DNA from: Methanothrix sp. | Lineage (GTDB): Archaea > Halobacteriota > Methanosarcinia > Methanotrichales > Methanotrichaceae | Assembly: GCA_963682135.1 (NCBI GenBank) | Contig: OY821645.1 | Span: 1,280,001-1,344,000 of the forward strand | Reading direction: 5' to 3' | DNA length: 64,000 nucleotides | Shown: positions 1 to 10,774 of the stretch, in pieces | How the letters are laid out: the number at the start of each line of letters is the position of its first letter | How positions within the stretch are numbered: the first letter of the stretch is position 1 | Program-made: the position numbers and the translations under genes | The notes under the pieces: model-generated | Seen by the model: only the letters and a program-made list of their open reading frames with translations | What the model was told of the DNA's origin: nothing | The model's database searches: none

Positions 1-950
1 CCCATATCTCTGTAGTACTCGGCTGTTGTCATTCCGGTGTAAATTGATGCCTCACGAGCAGCTACAGGCATGTTAGAGGTATTGGCATAAACGATAGACC
101 TCTCCATGAGGGGCCTGCCGGTCCTGGGATCCTGCAGCTCGGGGAACTCATGCAGCAGATCGGCCATCTCATTGCCGCGTTCGCCGCATCCCACGTAAAT
201 CACGATGTCGACATCTGCCCACTTGGACAGGGTCTGCTGCATAACCGTCTTTCCGGTACCGAATCCGCCGGGAATGGCTGCAGTTCCACCCTTGGCCAGG
301 GAGAAGAATCCATCCACTACCCTTTGTCCTGTTCTGAGAGGGATGGTTGGTGCCAGCTTTGCGGTAACAGGCCGAGCCTGTCTTACCGGCCACTTGTGCA
401 TCATGGTGAGCTTGCTTCCGTCCTCTAAGACGAGCACAGTCTCATCGACATTGAAGTTTCCGGAATAGATCTCTTTGACCGCTCCGCCCTTATGCTTTGG
501 TGGGACCATGATCTTATGCTTGATGAGCAACTGCTCCTGAACCTCACCGAAGCATTGGCCGGGCTTGATTACATCGCCCTTTTTGACTACTGGCTTGAAC
601 TCCCACTTTTTCTTGTGATCAATGCCGTCAACGAAAAGGCCTCGGCTGATGAAATCACCCGACATCTCTGCCAGCTTTGGCAGTGGCCTTTGGATACCGT
701 CGTAAATTTGGGTCAGAATGCCTGGACCCAGTTGTGCTACGAGTGGAGCTCCGGTCTCCTTGACGGGCTCGCCGGGCCGCACTCCGCCCGTATCCTCGTA
801 TACCTGAATGATATGTTTATTGCCGGAAATGCCGATGACTTCGCTCATCAGGCCTTCCTCGCCGACCAGGACCAGGTCGTACATGGAAGCCTTCAGGCCT
901 GTGGCCTGAACTAATGGTCCGGCAACTCGCTTTACTTTACCTACTTCCAT
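1..950 (-). CDS. atpA: A1Ao ATP synthase subunit A (partial, runs off the left edge)
   Basis: Manual translation from ATG at 950: MEVGKVKRVAGPLVQATG... with Walker A GPFGSGKT. Lies directly downstream of atpF. Absent from the ORF track because it is truncated. Confidence 0.95.
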   Translation of the reverse strand, partial: MEVGKVKRVAGPLVQATGLKASMYDLVLVGEEGLMSEVIGISGNKHIIQVYEDTGGVRPGEPVKETGAPLVAQLGPGILTQIYDGIQRPLPKLAEMSGDFISRGLFVDGIDHKKKWEFKPVVKKGDVIKPGQCFGEVQEQLLIKHKIMVPPKHKGGAVKEIYSGNFNVDETVLVLEDGSKLTMMHKWPVRQARPVTAKLAPTIPLRTGQRVVDGFFSLAKGGTAAIPGGFGTGKTVMQQTLSKWADVDIVIYVGCGERGNEMADLLHEFPELQDPRTGRPLMERSIVYANTSNMPVAAREASIYTGMTTAEYYRDM

Positions 951-1240
951 AAATCAACACCTATTGCCCTTTTAATTTTCTCTCTCATCTCTGTACTCTG
1001 CTCGGTTCCGATGGCAATAACGGTAGGTTTGATAGACTCGGAGAGCTGCTCCTGAAGCCTCTTGGGCAGCTTATTATAATCCGATTGCTTCAACACCAGA
1101 ATTCCCACATTGGAATCAGCCATGACAGTGCCAATCTTTGAGACCATCTCCTCTTCGGTGTTGGCCGCATAAGATTTCTTGATTCCTGCCAGATTGAACC
1201 CGAGGACGCTATCGCTACCACCAACAAAAGCAATCTCCAT
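941..1240 (-). CDS. atpF: A1Ao ATP synthase subunit F
   Basis: MEIAFVGGSDSVLGFNLAGI...IKRAIGVDLW, typical of subunit F; operon position. Confidence 0.95.
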   Translation of the reverse strand: MEIAFVGGSDSVLGFNLAGIKKSYAANTEEEMVSKIGTVMADSNVGILVLKQSDYNKLPKRLQEQLSESIKPTVIAIGTEQSTEMREKIKRAIGVDLWK

Positions 1241-2290
1241 TTAAGCCACCACCACTTGCTCCTCAATGAGTTCGGCAGGAAGGCCGGCTTCTTTTCCTCT
1301 TACGATCTTCCTGATGTTGGAGACTTCAGTCTCTTTGCTCACCATATATCCGAGCACAGGCAAGATGGATAACGGATGATAGTTAGAAAGAGCCCACGCA
1401 TACCGGATGAGATACGCTCTCAACCTGGCCTCGATCCTGCTGACCGCATCGAGATCTGCGGATGCGATATCCGAAATGGAAGACCAGAAGGGATATCCTT
1501 CAAGCCCGCGCAGGAACTCGCCGAATGGCTGGCCGGCCATGCGGCTCAGCTCTCCATGCAACTTGCCTCCGGGGATGAGATTCTCCAGTATCACGGCTGC
1601 ATCGACGCCCGCCTTGTTCATCCTGAAGAGGGTGATCAAATTTCTTATATCGACCTCTCTTCGGACGTACTTGAGCAGCAGGCCTCCGCCCACAGACAGA
1701 GTGCCGCCCACGGCCAGCTCCATTCTGAAGTAATAGAGCTTGTCGAGAGCATTCTCCAACGATGCCAAATTCTTGCCGTCGTATTGCGCCAGTGCGCTGG
1801 AATAGTCGGTTCCATCAAAGGCAGATATGATGTCGGTTATGGACTCCTTTTTGGCCAGCTCATCGAGGCGCTCTGCGGATAACTCACCAGCAGGCACGAG
1901 ATGTTTTACTATCTCAGTGTCGGTGGCCCCGTAGAACTTGCCGCGCAGGAGGGTCTTGATGTTCCATACATCCCAGCGCCGGAGGTACTCCAGAATCAGG
2001 AATGATGGCTCGTCTATTGAGACTTCTTCAAGCCTCCTGAAGGTCTTTGCCATATTGGCGAAGGTGGCGTGTTCAATGAGGTCCACACCAGAGTAGTCCT
2101 TAGATAGCGCGTCGATCTCATCCTTATACTGGGTCTCTTCCAGGTAACGAGCGATCTCAGACATATCCATGTTCATCATCCTGGCGTACATCTCCGCCGG
2201 GACGAGCTTTGTCTTCATCGCCCGGACTCTGCCCGTGATGTAAGCATACTTCACCGGTGAACCGAACTTCGGCAAACGTAGTACAGGCAT
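1241..2290 (-). CDS. atpC: A1Ao ATP synthase subunit C
   Basis: [43 protein letters not shown]. Start is ATG 2290 or GTG 2299. Confidence 0.93.
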   Translation of the reverse strand: MPVLRLPKFGSPVKYAYITGRVRAMKTKLVPAEMYARMMNMDMSEIARYLEETQYKDEIDALSKDYSGVDLIEHATFANMAKTFRRLEEVSIDEPSFLILEYLRRWDVWNIKTLLRGKFYGATDTEIVKHLVPAGELSAERLDELAKKESITDIISAFDGTDYSSALAQYDGKNLASLENALDKLYYFRMELAVGGTLSVGGGLLLKYVRREVDIRNLITLFRMNKAGVDAAVILENLIPGGKLHGELSRMAGQPFGEFLRGLEGYPFWSSISDIASADLDAVSRIEARLRAYLIRYAWALSNYHPLSILPVLGYMVSKETEVSNIRKIVRGKEAGLPAELIEEQVVVA

Positions 2291-2295
2291 CGTCC

Positions 2296-2844
2296 TCACC
2301 CGAATAAGATCCTGGAAACCTCTTTCATGCGGTTATTAAATACCTCACGCGCAAGAGTTTCGTAGGTTAAATCGTAACGTAGAGCTCCATCACTGCTCTC
2401 AACCACAGCGCCGCCTATGATGTCCAAGTTCCCGCCGTATTTTGAGGCGAGAGAGGATATGAAGGCCTCATCTCTCTTGTTGGAGAAGACCTTCATTTCC
2501 TTGAGATCGTGAGGCTCGAGCAACTTCTTGAGCATGGCTTCATTATCCTTCTTAGGAAGGTTCTGCAGCTTCTCAAGCAGCTTCGTCCTGGCCTGCTCAA
2601 GGAGATCCTTGTGAACATTCAGCTCCGCTCTCTTGACCTCGAGATTGGCGCTGGAGATCTCCCTGCGCTCGATGCCCTCAACCGTGTGTCCAACCTCAGA
2701 TTCTTTCTTGGACTTTATCTCTGCGGCACGTTCCCTAGCTTCATTGAGTGTCTTCGCAACCTCTTGGTCGGCTTCACTGGTTATCTGAGCGACCTTGTCC
2801 TTGCTGGTTGCTAGGACTGACTCAATCACTGCATCTAGTGCCAT
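2296..2844 (-). CDS. atpE: A1Ao ATP synthase subunit E
   Basis: [10 protein letters not shown] coiled coil followed by [18 protein letters not shown]. Confidence 0.92.
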   Translation of the reverse strand: MALDAVIESVLATSKDKVAQITSEADQEVAKTLNEARERAAEIKSKKESEVGHTVEGIERREISSANLEVKRAELNVHKDLLEQARTKLLEKLQNLPKKDNEAMLKKLLEPHDLKEMKVFSNKRDEAFISSLASKYGGNLDIIGGAVVESSDGALRYDLTYETLAREVFNNRMKEVSRILFG

Positions 2845-2874
2845 TGCCTCTTACACTCCTTGTAATTGGCTAGC

Positions 2875-3141
2875 TTAGGGTGTCACGATGCCAGAGAAGG
2901 GTGTCCAGGCGAACATCAGAATCAGCGATACGGCGAGACCGAAGATGATCAGTGTCTCGGGCAGAAGCATAAGGAAAAGACCCTTGCCCAGAAATCCAGG
3001 CTCCTCAGCCACGACGCCAACCACAGCAGCGCCGATACCCTGTTCACCCATGCCTGCACCAATGCCTGCTAATCCAGTAGCGAGGCCTGCACCGACAGCC
3101 AACAATCCATACAACGTTCCTGCATCTGCTACAACTGCCAT
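2875..3141 (-). CDS. atpK: A1Ao ATP synthase proteolipid subunit K (c)
   Basis: Single Gly-rich hairpin GLAGIGAGMGEQGIG with the essential Glu in LLPETL. Confidence 0.95.
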   Translation of the reverse strand: MAVVADAGTLYGLLAVGAGLATGLAGIGAGMGEQGIGAAVVGVVAEEPGFLGKGLFLMLLPETLIIFGLAVSLILMFAWTPFSGIVTP

Positions 3142-3208
3142 TTTCCTCAATCCTCCTTTATATGAATATTACAATTTGCAATAGATCTTTCAATTCGTTC
3201 TATCGAAT

Positions 3209-5251
3209 TCATGCTTTCAAGAACCTCCGGACATGTCCGAAGGGACTGTACTCCACTCCACCGCCATGATTGCTGTAGAACTTCGTGAACATCTCCACAT
3301 AATGCAACCTGAGAGGATGCATGAAGGGAGAGAGAATTCCCAGCAGGAAGTTGATGAAGTGAACTGCCAATAATACCACAAGACCCGCAATGATCGCAGG
3401 TATTGTGAACTCAGCGCTATCAGTTGCTCCACCACTCAGCATGGGCATGACTACATAGAAGGCCAACTGGTTGGCAGCGAATGCCAAGCCTACTGAAGCA
3501 AGGCCAATAGCTAATAACCTGAGATAGGATATCAGATTGCTCACATAGAATGGCAAGTGAGCAAGACCCATAGGCCCTTCCGGTCCCATTACCAGCATCA
3601 CCATGGCGACTAAAATTACGACAGCACTTGCGATTACCAACATCATCTGACCTATGACGAGTCCAAGTACAAGCAACCCAAAGAATACTTGGATGAGCAT
3701 CACAGGAAGTTTCTCGAAATAAGCATGCTTCTTCTCGCCGTAGGCAAGCTCCGTCTTGATACCCAAGATAGAACCGACGCTGCAGTGAATAATGCCTATG
3801 ATGACACTAGTACCGATCAACAACAAAACAGCGTTGCTTGCCAGCCGGTCCATGGGGAAAATATCAATTCCCGGCCAAAATCCGATCCTTCCCAGCGAGC
3901 CAAAAACACCTTCACCGAAATAGAGACCTGCCGCCTTTACAGCCTCGAGCTCATGTTCAGGCAATTGTCCCATGACCTTGCCCCACAAACCGAGCGGGCC
4001 AAAGATCTCGCCGAAGAATATACCGAATATGATAGCCCACACGCTGGAAATCAGAACTACGTTGATCAGCTGCTGCCAGCCAGGAGTCTTGAACTTCTTC
4101 TTGAGAAGCACCATAGTCAGAAGCGACATGACGCCATAGCCGATATCACCCAGAATCATGCCAAACATGATTGGGAAGAATACGAATATCAGCAATGACG
4201 GATCGAACTCCTTATACTCGGGAATGGCGAACATCCTTGTTACCAGTTCGTAAGGCTTGACCAAGCTGGGATTATCCATCAGGGTCGGTATGTCTTCGCC
4301 CTTCTCTGCAAGTTCGTCTGTCTCTTTATCTGCGATCAACGAAACTTCAAGCCTGCCGCCGGCAGCACTCTCCAACTCGCTCTTGAGCCTGCTGAACTGA
4401 TCTGCTGGAACATACCCATCTATAACGAAGGCGTTATCCGTCTCAGCAAACCTGAGTGGTGCCTCTGTTTTGCGGGTCTCCATGGACAGGTACTCGTCCG
4501 TCGCCAGCATAAGATCTTCATACTGCTTCTTCATGTCGGACAGCTTCTTTTGGAGTGGCACTTTTTCGCCTTCCAGAGATTTAACGCTGCCTTCAAGAGT
4601 AGCAATAGCCGAGTCTACATTGCCCTCCAGCCTGGGTACAGACAATTCAGAAAACCCATGCTCAGAAAGGACTGAAGATACTTCGCCGGCCTTTTCTGCA
4701 GGCACAAATACCGCTACAAAAGTTGCATTCTTGGCACTTCCGGAATAAACCTCATTTACCGGAGATACCTTCGCTACATCGGCATCTACTGGAGTTTTTG
4801 TTGTGCCGACGAAGGTCGCCAGAGAATCATAACCATAATAAGCATCTAAAGGCAAAGGCAACACTGCCAATGGAGTCAGAGACTTGATCTGATCCTGTTT
4901 GGATTTTACTTCTGCGTCGATGGCAACGATGCGCTCGTATGTAGCAGTAACATCTGCACCGACGTTATTGAGAAGATTATCCAGCTCCGATAGAACCTGG
5001 CTCTCGGGATATGCCTTATCAGGAAACTTCTTATTTAATTCAAGATACCTGGTGACAGATCTGAGCTTAATGAGATCCTCGGAGTATTCTTTGGCTTTGC
5101 CGATGGGCTTGCCCATCTCAAACTGAGGTTGGTTGCCATTATAGTTGACAATATGGAGCAAGCGCAACTCATGCAGCTTTTCTACGACTGGAGATATTAC
5201 GTTCTTTGACCCGGCGACTACTACACGACTCATTTTCACGGGTCTAAGCAT
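3209..5251 (-). CDS. atpI: A1Ao ATP synthase subunit I (a)
   Basis: FGMILGDIGYG, ISYLRLLAIGLA, HPLRLHYVEMFTKFY. Confidence 0.96.
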   Translation of the reverse strand: MLRPVKMSRVVVAGSKNVISPVVEKLHELRLLHIVNYNGNQPQFEMGKPIGKAKEYSEDLIKLRSVTRYLELNKKFPDKAYPESQVLSELDNLLNNVGADVTATYERIVAIDAEVKSKQDQIKSLTPLAVLPLPLDAYYGYDSLATFVGTTKTPVDADVAKVSPVNEVYSGSAKNATFVAVFVPAEKAGEVSSVLSEHGFSELSVPRLEGNVDSAIATLEGSVKSLEGEKVPLQKKLSDMKKQYEDLMLATDEYLSMETRKTEAPLRFAETDNAFVIDGYVPADQFSRLKSELESAAGGRLEVSLIADKETDELAEKGEDIPTLMDNPSLVKPYELVTRMFAIPEYKEFDPSLLIFVFFPIMFGMILGDIGYGVMSLLTMVLLKKKFKTPGWQQLINVVLISSVWAIIFGIFFGEIFGPLGLWGKVMGQLPEHELEAVKAAGLYFGEGVFGSLGRIGFWPGIDIFPMDRLASNAVLLLIGTSVIIGIIHCSVGSILGIKTELAYGEKKHAYFEKLPVMLIQVFFGLLVLGLVIGQMMLVIASAVVILVAMVMLVMGPEGPMGLAHLPFYVSNLISYLRLLAIGLASVGLAFAANQLAFYVVMPMLSGGATDSAEFTIPAIIAGLVVLLAVHFINFLLGILSPFMHPLRLHYVEMFTKFYSNHGGGVEYSPFGHVRRFLKA

Positions 5252-5570
5252 GTAACAACCCCATAAACTCCTTTATCAAATATTCAACAGCTTTGTCCAG
5301 CTTTGCGTTGGCGCTGCCGCTCATTGAGTTTACGTTCTTCTCACCGCTGCTAACGATCGATGCCTTCTTGACTTTCACATCGCTCTCAGCTTTGGCAACG
5401 CTCTTGTTATAGTAATCCTGTGCATCAGTCTCGGCGGATTTGACGAGGTTTGCAGCTTCAGTAGTGGCAGCGGCTATCCTTTTTCCCTTTTCATCCAAGG
5501 CTCGCTGGACTGCTGCCTTGGCTTCAGCCTCTGCCGATTTAATTTTCGATAAGATATCGTCTCTAGCCAT
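5244..5570 (-). CDS. atpH: A1Ao ATP synthase subunit H
   Basis: 108 aa Ala/Lys-rich coiled coil, first gene of the operon, overlaps atpI. Confidence 0.88.
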   Translation of the reverse strand: MARDDILSKIKSAEAEAKAAVQRALDEKGKRIAAATTEAANLVKSAETDAQDYYNKSVAKAESDVKVKKASIVSSGEKNVNSMSGSANAKLDKAVEYLIKEFMGLLHA

Positions 5571-5672
5571 CTGATCCCTCTACTTCTTCCCTCACTACAC
5601 CTCTTCCGTTTTTCAAACAGCGCTACATCACTTTTGGCTCGTGATAAACGTTCAGATCCATCCTCATCTACC

Positions 5673-5692
5673 AATATAAACTCTTCGGTTTT
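5673..5692 (-). promoter_or_regulatory. Probable BRE/TATA promoter of the atp operon
   Basis: Minus strand reads AAAACCGAAGAG-TTTATATT about 105 nt upstream of atpH. Confidence 0.5.
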
Positions 5693-5726
5693 GATTTGAG
5701 GAGAGGGCCAAGTATGAGCTTTCGCC

Positions 5727-6890
5727 TTATGATCCCCAAAATTTCAAGGCTGTTTCCAGCTCTTTGTGGTCTTTTGCGTATTCTTTTAAGGGAATTTGCA
5801 TTCTCCAGGCCTCCGCCGCCTGCACCATAGCTCTTGCACCGGCCACAGTTCCGTCAGGATGGCCGTGCACCCCTCCACCTGCTTGGACGATGCAATCAAT
5901 GCCGTAGCCATCGAGGTTTCCATGAACTTTAGCAGGATAGACCCCGCCCGAGGCAACCGGGAAGACTCTCTTGTAGCCGTGCCAATCCTCTCGCAGAGCA
6001 TCACGGGAGAAGTCGTTTTCCAGGGTTTCGCGCGCCATCTTGCCCATGTAGCTTCCAGTATGCAAGTTAGTGCCGCCCGTCATGCGCACCAGCTTGGAGA
6101 TGACCAGCATGGAAATGCCATGTCCTTTATCACGAGTGAAGGCTGCATGCATCGTTCTGTGTACGTGTATGGGGACACTAAGGTGAGTTGAGAGAATCTC
6201 CAGAGCAGAAAAGCCGCTCGTCAGGACATCTATCATGACCATATTGGCGCCATGATCAACTGCCTGCTCCGCACGCTCCAGGATTTTATCTGGGCCGACG
6301 GTGACATTCACCGCATAGAAAGCTTTCTTGCCCGTCTGCGTCTCCACCTTGTCGAGAGCCGCCATGACCGCCTCAAGGCGGGGGATGAGCGGGCAGAAGC
6401 TCTGATCAGTCAGAGTCTCATCATCCTTGACCAGATCCAGCCCACCGCGAACGGCTGCTGCCGCCACCTCTGCTGTACCGGACGGGTCCAGACCGACCTT
6501 GGGCTTGACGATGGTGCCAATCAATGGACGGTCGTAAACTCCTAATATTTTTCGCGCATCTTCAATGCCAAAGCGAGGACCCTTATGCGCACAGAGCAGG
6601 CTCTCCGGGAAGATTACATCCTGCAGGCGCACCTTCTTCAAGTCGCCCAGACCGAAGAGATTTCCTGCCACCACAGAAAGGTACTGGGGGATGTTTCCCG
6701 GCTCAAATAGCTCCTCGGGAAAGCCTATCTCCACATTGTTGCCCTCCGCCAGGATCACCCTGGCCGCGAGAGAGTTGTCCTGGCCGCGCACCGCGGTCCA
6801 GGTGCCGGTGGACTGCTCGGCTGCAATAGCCTCCGCCGCCCTCCGGATGGGAAGGTCTGTTTCTACATGATATTTTGCAATAAGTTCCAT
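5727..6890 (-). CDS. rbcL: RuBisCO large subunit, archaeal form III
   Basis: [33 protein letters not shown], loop-6 [18 protein letters not shown] all present. Start at ATG 6890 (GGAG upstream); the ORF-track extension to 6980 is unlikely. Confidence 0.9.
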   Translation of the reverse strand: MELIAKYHVETDLPIRRAAEAIAAEQSTGTWTAVRGQDNSLAARVILAEGNNVEIGFPEELFEPGNIPQYLSVVAGNLFGLGDLKKVRLQDVIFPESLLCAHKGPRFGIEDARKILGVYDRPLIGTIVKPKVGLDPSGTAEVAAAAVRGGLDLVKDDETLTDQSFCPLIPRLEAVMAALDKVETQTGKKAFYAVNVTVGPDKILERAEQAVDHGANMVMIDVLTSGFSALEILSTHLSVPIHVHRTMHAAFTRDKGHGISMLVISKLVRMTGGTNLHTGSYMGKMARETLENDFSRDALREDWHGYKRVFPVASGGVYPAKVHGNLDGYGIDCIVQAGGGVHGHPDGTVAGARAMVQAAEAWRMQIPLKEYAKDHKELETALKFWGS

Positions 6891-7235
6891 ATTACAGCTC
6901 CTGGGTGTTCTACGAAAGGCCAGACGGGCACCTCTGCCCTGGGATGACTGAAATCCCTCCTCAGAACAATATTGAGGCATAATTGGCCGATTCCGGTCAT
7001 AGATGATCTCTGACAGATATAAGATCTACGCAGCCGGGCAAGACTTTTGGCGGACGCCTCCCTTCCGCAAAATTAGTGGCATGGGCACTATTCGCTGGGC
7101 GAACGGAATATTTCTCTTTGGAAAAAATCCTGCAAACCGCAATTAGAAGATAAAAACAAATTATTTCGGTGCGGGGGGTAACAGTTTTATTATCGAAGAA
7201 ACCCTTTCAGACTGCTAAAAATATCAGGTGAATAT

Positions 7236-8174
7236 ATGGGTGAATGCATAAATGATGAAACTCGATATATCGTCGATCTGAGGCGCCACATGTGGATGGA
7301 TGGCATCGAGGTGGAATTGCGACGGCTCATCTGGCAGATTGCCGTTGTCGGGAAATACATTTCTGCAAAGATCCACGAATCCAACCGCAAGCTGGCCGGC
7401 TTCAAGAATGTTTATGACGAGGATCAGTTGGCACTGGACCGCATTTCCGACGACATATTGAAAAATATGCTGCACAACTCCGGATTTGTTCGCGAGTATG
7501 CCTCCGAGGAGCTCGAAGATATCGTAACCATCGGTCAGGGGGGGGAAAAATATATTGTTACCGCCGATCCAGTGGATGGTTCGTCTCTGGTGGATACTAA
7601 TCTGGCCATCGGAACGATCATCGGCATCCATAAAAATTCGATATTTGACAACGGCCACAATTCAATGGTCGCCGCTCTTTATATTACCTACGGCCCGCTC
7701 ATCACCATGATTTATTCGGCCGGAAAGGGCGTGCATGAGTTTGTATTGGATCGCGAAGGAGAGTATGTCCTGTCCGAGGAAAATATCCGGCTCAATGAGA
7801 AGGGGTCGATCTTTTCACCTGGTGGTCTGCGCAAGGACTGGACGGACAAACATCAGAATTACATCAATAAGCTGGAGGCAGACGGCTACAAGTTGCGCTA
7901 CAGCGGAGGTTTTGTTCCCGACATCAATCAGGTGATCATCAAGCGGGGAGGCGTATTCACGTATCCCGCACTGAAAAAATCTCCCCAGGGGAAGCTTCGC
8001 TTGCTGTTTGAACTTCAGCCTATGGCTTTCATTGTAGAGCAGGCCGGCGGCAGAGCAACGGACGGGAAAAATGATATTCTTTCCATTAAAGTGACATCCG
8101 TTAAACAACGGTCACCCATATACATTGGTTCGACCGCGGAAGTGACAATGGCGGGGGAATTTCTGTCGCAATAA
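7236..8174 (+). CDS. fbp: Fructose-1,6-bisphosphatase class I
   Basis: YASEE, ADPVDGSS, LRYSGGFVPD, GKLRLLFELQPMAFIVEQAGG. Confidence 0.93.
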   Translation: MGECINDETRYIVDLRRHMWMDGIEVELRRLIWQIAVVGKYISAKIHESNRKLAGFKNVYDEDQLALDRISDDILKNMLHNSGFVREYASEELEDIVTIGQGGEKYIVTADPVDGSSLVDTNLAIGTIIGIHKNSIFDNGHNSMVAALYITYGPLITMIYSAGKGVHEFVLDREGEYVLSEENIRLNEKGSIFSPGGLRKDWTDKHQNYINKLEADGYKLRYSGGFVPDINQVIIKRGGVFTYPALKKSPQGKLRLLFELQPMAFIVEQAGGRATDGKNDILSIKVTSVKQRSPIYIGSTAEVTMAGEFLSQ

Positions 8175-8194
8175 ATTCATTCAATGGGGCAGCA

Positions 8195-9589
8195 ATGATT
8201 TACGAGAATTATGATCTGCTAAAAAAAGGATGCGAATCAATACTCGCCTATGACGATGGTGATGTTCGTGTCTTGGATGAAGCCAGGTTTCAGGAAAAGC
8301 TGATCGATGATTTAATCTATACAGTCGTTTTCAGTCCCGACCCTGCGACTTCGGAAGCGGCGGGGTTTCTGATTCGCCGGAGTGCTGCAACGCTCGGGAT
8401 TATGTCTGCGTCGATCCAATCCCTTTACGAAGCAATTGGAAGGAAAGAGATCGGCGGATTTACTGTTCCGGCGATCAATATCCGCGGCATTACCTACCAT
8501 GTGGCGCAGGCAGTATTTCGTGCTGCAATAAAAGGGAATGTGGGACCTGTTCTTTTTGAGATAGCCCGTTCGGAAATAGGCTACACAAAACAAAAGCCGC
8601 TGGAATACACCTGTGCCGTGATGGCGGCGGCGATTAAATCCGGCTGGCGTGGCCCGATCTTTTTGCAGGGCGATCATTTTCAGATAAACGCCAAGAAGTT
8701 TGCAGCGGACGCAAAAAAGGAAACGCAGACCGTTAAGGATCTGATCCGGGAAGCTATCCAATCCGGTTTTTACAATATCGACATCGATACTTCCACACTG
8801 GTTGATCTGTCGCAGCCCACAGTCAAAGATCAGCAAAGAACGAACTTCACACTTGCTGCAGAGCTGACCGCTCTGATTCGTGATCTGGAGCCGGAAGGCA
8901 TCACTGTGTCCGTGGGTGGCGAAATCGGCGAGGTTGGCGGCAAGAACAGCACAGTCGATGAGCTGATGATTTTCATGGACGGTTATCTGGAAGAACTCAA
9001 GAAACGGGGCGAGGCTTTCAAAGGAATCAGCAAGATCAGCGTCCAAACCGGTACGACTCATGGGGGTGTGCCGCTTGCCGACGGAACGGTTGCAAAAGTC
9101 AAAATTGATTTTGACGTGTTAGAGAAACTTTCAGAGACATCCCGCGAGCAATACGGTTTGTCCGGAGCCGTTCAGCACGGCGCTTCAACGCTTCCCGATG
9201 AAGCATTTGATCGCTTTCCTGCCACCGCAACCGCAGAGATTCATCTGGCTACAGGCTTTCAGAACATGATCTATGACAACAAAGCTTTCCCGGCGGATCT
9301 GCGATCAAATATTTATGATCTTCTGTTAGCCGACATGAAAGGCGAATGGAAAGAAAAGGACACGCAGGAGCAGTTCATCTATAAAACCCGCAAAAAAGCC
9401 TTCGGACCGTTCAAGCGAGAACTGTGGCACCTGCCATCAGTTGTCCGCACCGAAATCTGCACTGAGCTGGAAAGGAAATTCGCCTTTTTATTTGACAAGC
9501 TCAAAGTAAACGGCACACGTCCTGTTCTGGATCAATTCATCAGGCGGGTTGATGTGCCGCAGAAAATGCCCGATGCGCTGAAAGGCTGA
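8195..9589 (+). CDS. fba: Class II fructose-bisphosphate aldolase (long type with N-terminal extension)
   Basis: VPAINIR, QGDHFQ, GGEIGEVG, GTTHGG, VQHGAST metal/substrate motifs. Confidence 0.85.
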   Translation: MIYENYDLLKKGCESILAYDDGDVRVLDEARFQEKLIDDLIYTVVFSPDPATSEAAGFLIRRSAATLGIMSASIQSLYEAIGRKEIGGFTVPAINIRGITYHVAQAVFRAAIKGNVGPVLFEIARSEIGYTKQKPLEYTCAVMAAAIKSGWRGPIFLQGDHFQINAKKFAADAKKETQTVKDLIREAIQSGFYNIDIDTSTLVDLSQPTVKDQQRTNFTLAAELTALIRDLEPEGITVSVGGEIGEVGGKNSTVDELMIFMDGYLEELKKRGEAFKGISKISVQTGTTHGGVPLADGTVAKVKIDFDVLEKLSETSREQYGLSGAVQHGASTLPDEAFDRFPATATAEIHLATGFQNMIYDNKAFPADLRSNIYDLLLADMKGEWKEKDTQEQFIYKTRKKAFGPFKRELWHLPSVVRTEICTELERKFAFLFDKLKVNGTRPVLDQFIRRVDVPQKMPDALKG

Positions 9590-9594
9590 AAGCA

Positions 9595-10710
9595 ATGACC
9601 AAGATCACAATCAGCTTAATAAAAGCCGATGTGGGCGGCTATCCCGGCCACTCCTCGGTCCATCCCGCATTGATTGAGACCGCAGAGTCGAAGCTTGCTC
9701 AGGCCAAGAAGTCCGGCGCACTGATAGACTTTAGGGTGCTTGCCTGCGGCGACGACCTGGAGCTTCTCATGAGCCACACGAAAGGCTGCGACAGCGGCGA
9801 AGTGCATGCTCTGGCCTGGGAGACCTTCGAGGAGGCCACTGAGGTCGCCAAGAAGCTCAAGCTCTACGGTGCGGGTCAAGATCTCTTGGCGGACGCCTTC
9901 TCCGGCAACATTCGCGGCATGGGTCCAGGCGTGGCGGAGATGGAGATAGAAGAGCGAACCAGCGAACCAATAGTCGCTTTCATGATGGACAAGACGGAGC
10001 CAGGGGCCTTCAATCTGCCCATCTTTAAGATGTTTGCCGATCCATTCAACACCGCCGGTCTGGTGATAGATCCTGCCTGCCATCATGGCTTCACCTTCGA
10101 GATCTGGGATATCATGGAGCACAAGAAGGTCTTCATGGACTGTCCGGACGAGATGTACGATCTTCTGGCCCTCATCGGCGCCAAGAGCCGCTATGTGATT
10201 AAGAGAGTATTTTGTAAGCCCAACAGCAAGATCTCCGAGCAGGAGGCTGTGGCGGTAGTGAGCACAGAGAAGCTCTACCAGACGGCAGGAACATACGTTG
10301 GCAAGGATGACCCCGTGGCCCTGGTGCGCTGCCAGTCCGGGCTGCCCGCTCTGGGCGAGGTACTGGAGCCCTTCGCCCTGGGACACCTGGTCTCGGGATG
10401 GATGCGCGGCAGCCACAACGGCCCCCTCATGCCCTGCTCCTTTGAGACGGCGCACCCCACCAGATTTGACGGCCCGCCCCGCGTCATTGCCGCCGGCTTC
10501 CAGATGGCTTACGGAAACTTCATGGGTCCCGTCGATCTCTTCAAGGATGTGGCCTTCGACCGGGTTCGGCAGAAGTGCCTGGAGATTACTGACTACATGA
10601 GGGCGCACGGCCCCTTCGAGCCGGGAAGGCTGCCCATGGAAGATATGGAATACACCACTCTGCCCCACGTCATGAAGCTGCTGGCGGACAGGTTTGTGAA
10701 GGCGGAGTAG
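9595..10710 (+). CDS. Bifunctional FBP aldolase/phosphatase (class V FBPase)
   Basis: IKADVGGYPGH, YGAGQDLL, DKTEPGAFN, YVGKDDP, GWMRGSH, MEYTTLP. Confidence 0.96.
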   Translation: MTKITISLIKADVGGYPGHSSVHPALIETAESKLAQAKKSGALIDFRVLACGDDLELLMSHTKGCDSGEVHALAWETFEEATEVAKKLKLYGAGQDLLADAFSGNIRGMGPGVAEMEIEERTSEPIVAFMMDKTEPGAFNLPIFKMFADPFNTAGLVIDPACHHGFTFEIWDIMEHKKVFMDCPDEMYDLLALIGAKSRYVIKRVFCKPNSKISEQEAVAVVSTEKLYQTAGTYVGKDDPVALVRCQSGLPALGEVLEPFALGHLVSGWMRGSHNGPLMPCSFETAHPTRFDGPPRVIAAGFQMAYGNFMGPVDLFKDVAFDRVRQKCLEITDYMRAHGPFEPGRLPMEDMEYTTLPHVMKLLADRFVKAE

Positions 10711-10774
10711 GCGCTTCGCTAGTTTGGAATCCAACACGGATAAGAAAGTGATTGTTGCAAGAGTGGATAATTAG

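Noticed and set aside
150-914. Several plus-strand ORFs in the ORF track
   Set aside because: Region is occupied by partial atpA on the minus strand
5727-6890. RuBisCO-like protein (form IV) interpretation
   Set aside because: Although short (~387 aa), the KPK, KDDE, HVHR, loop-6 Lys, SGG and GGG motifs are retained, which favours a true form III
7538-7550. G8-A5 homopolymer in fbp as a phase-variation or frameshift site
   Set aside because: Frame is intact (Q-G-G-E-K) and nothing shows variation
9616-10737. 373-aa antisense ORF
   Set aside because: Shadow of the GC3-rich FBP aldolase/phosphatase gene; no motifs
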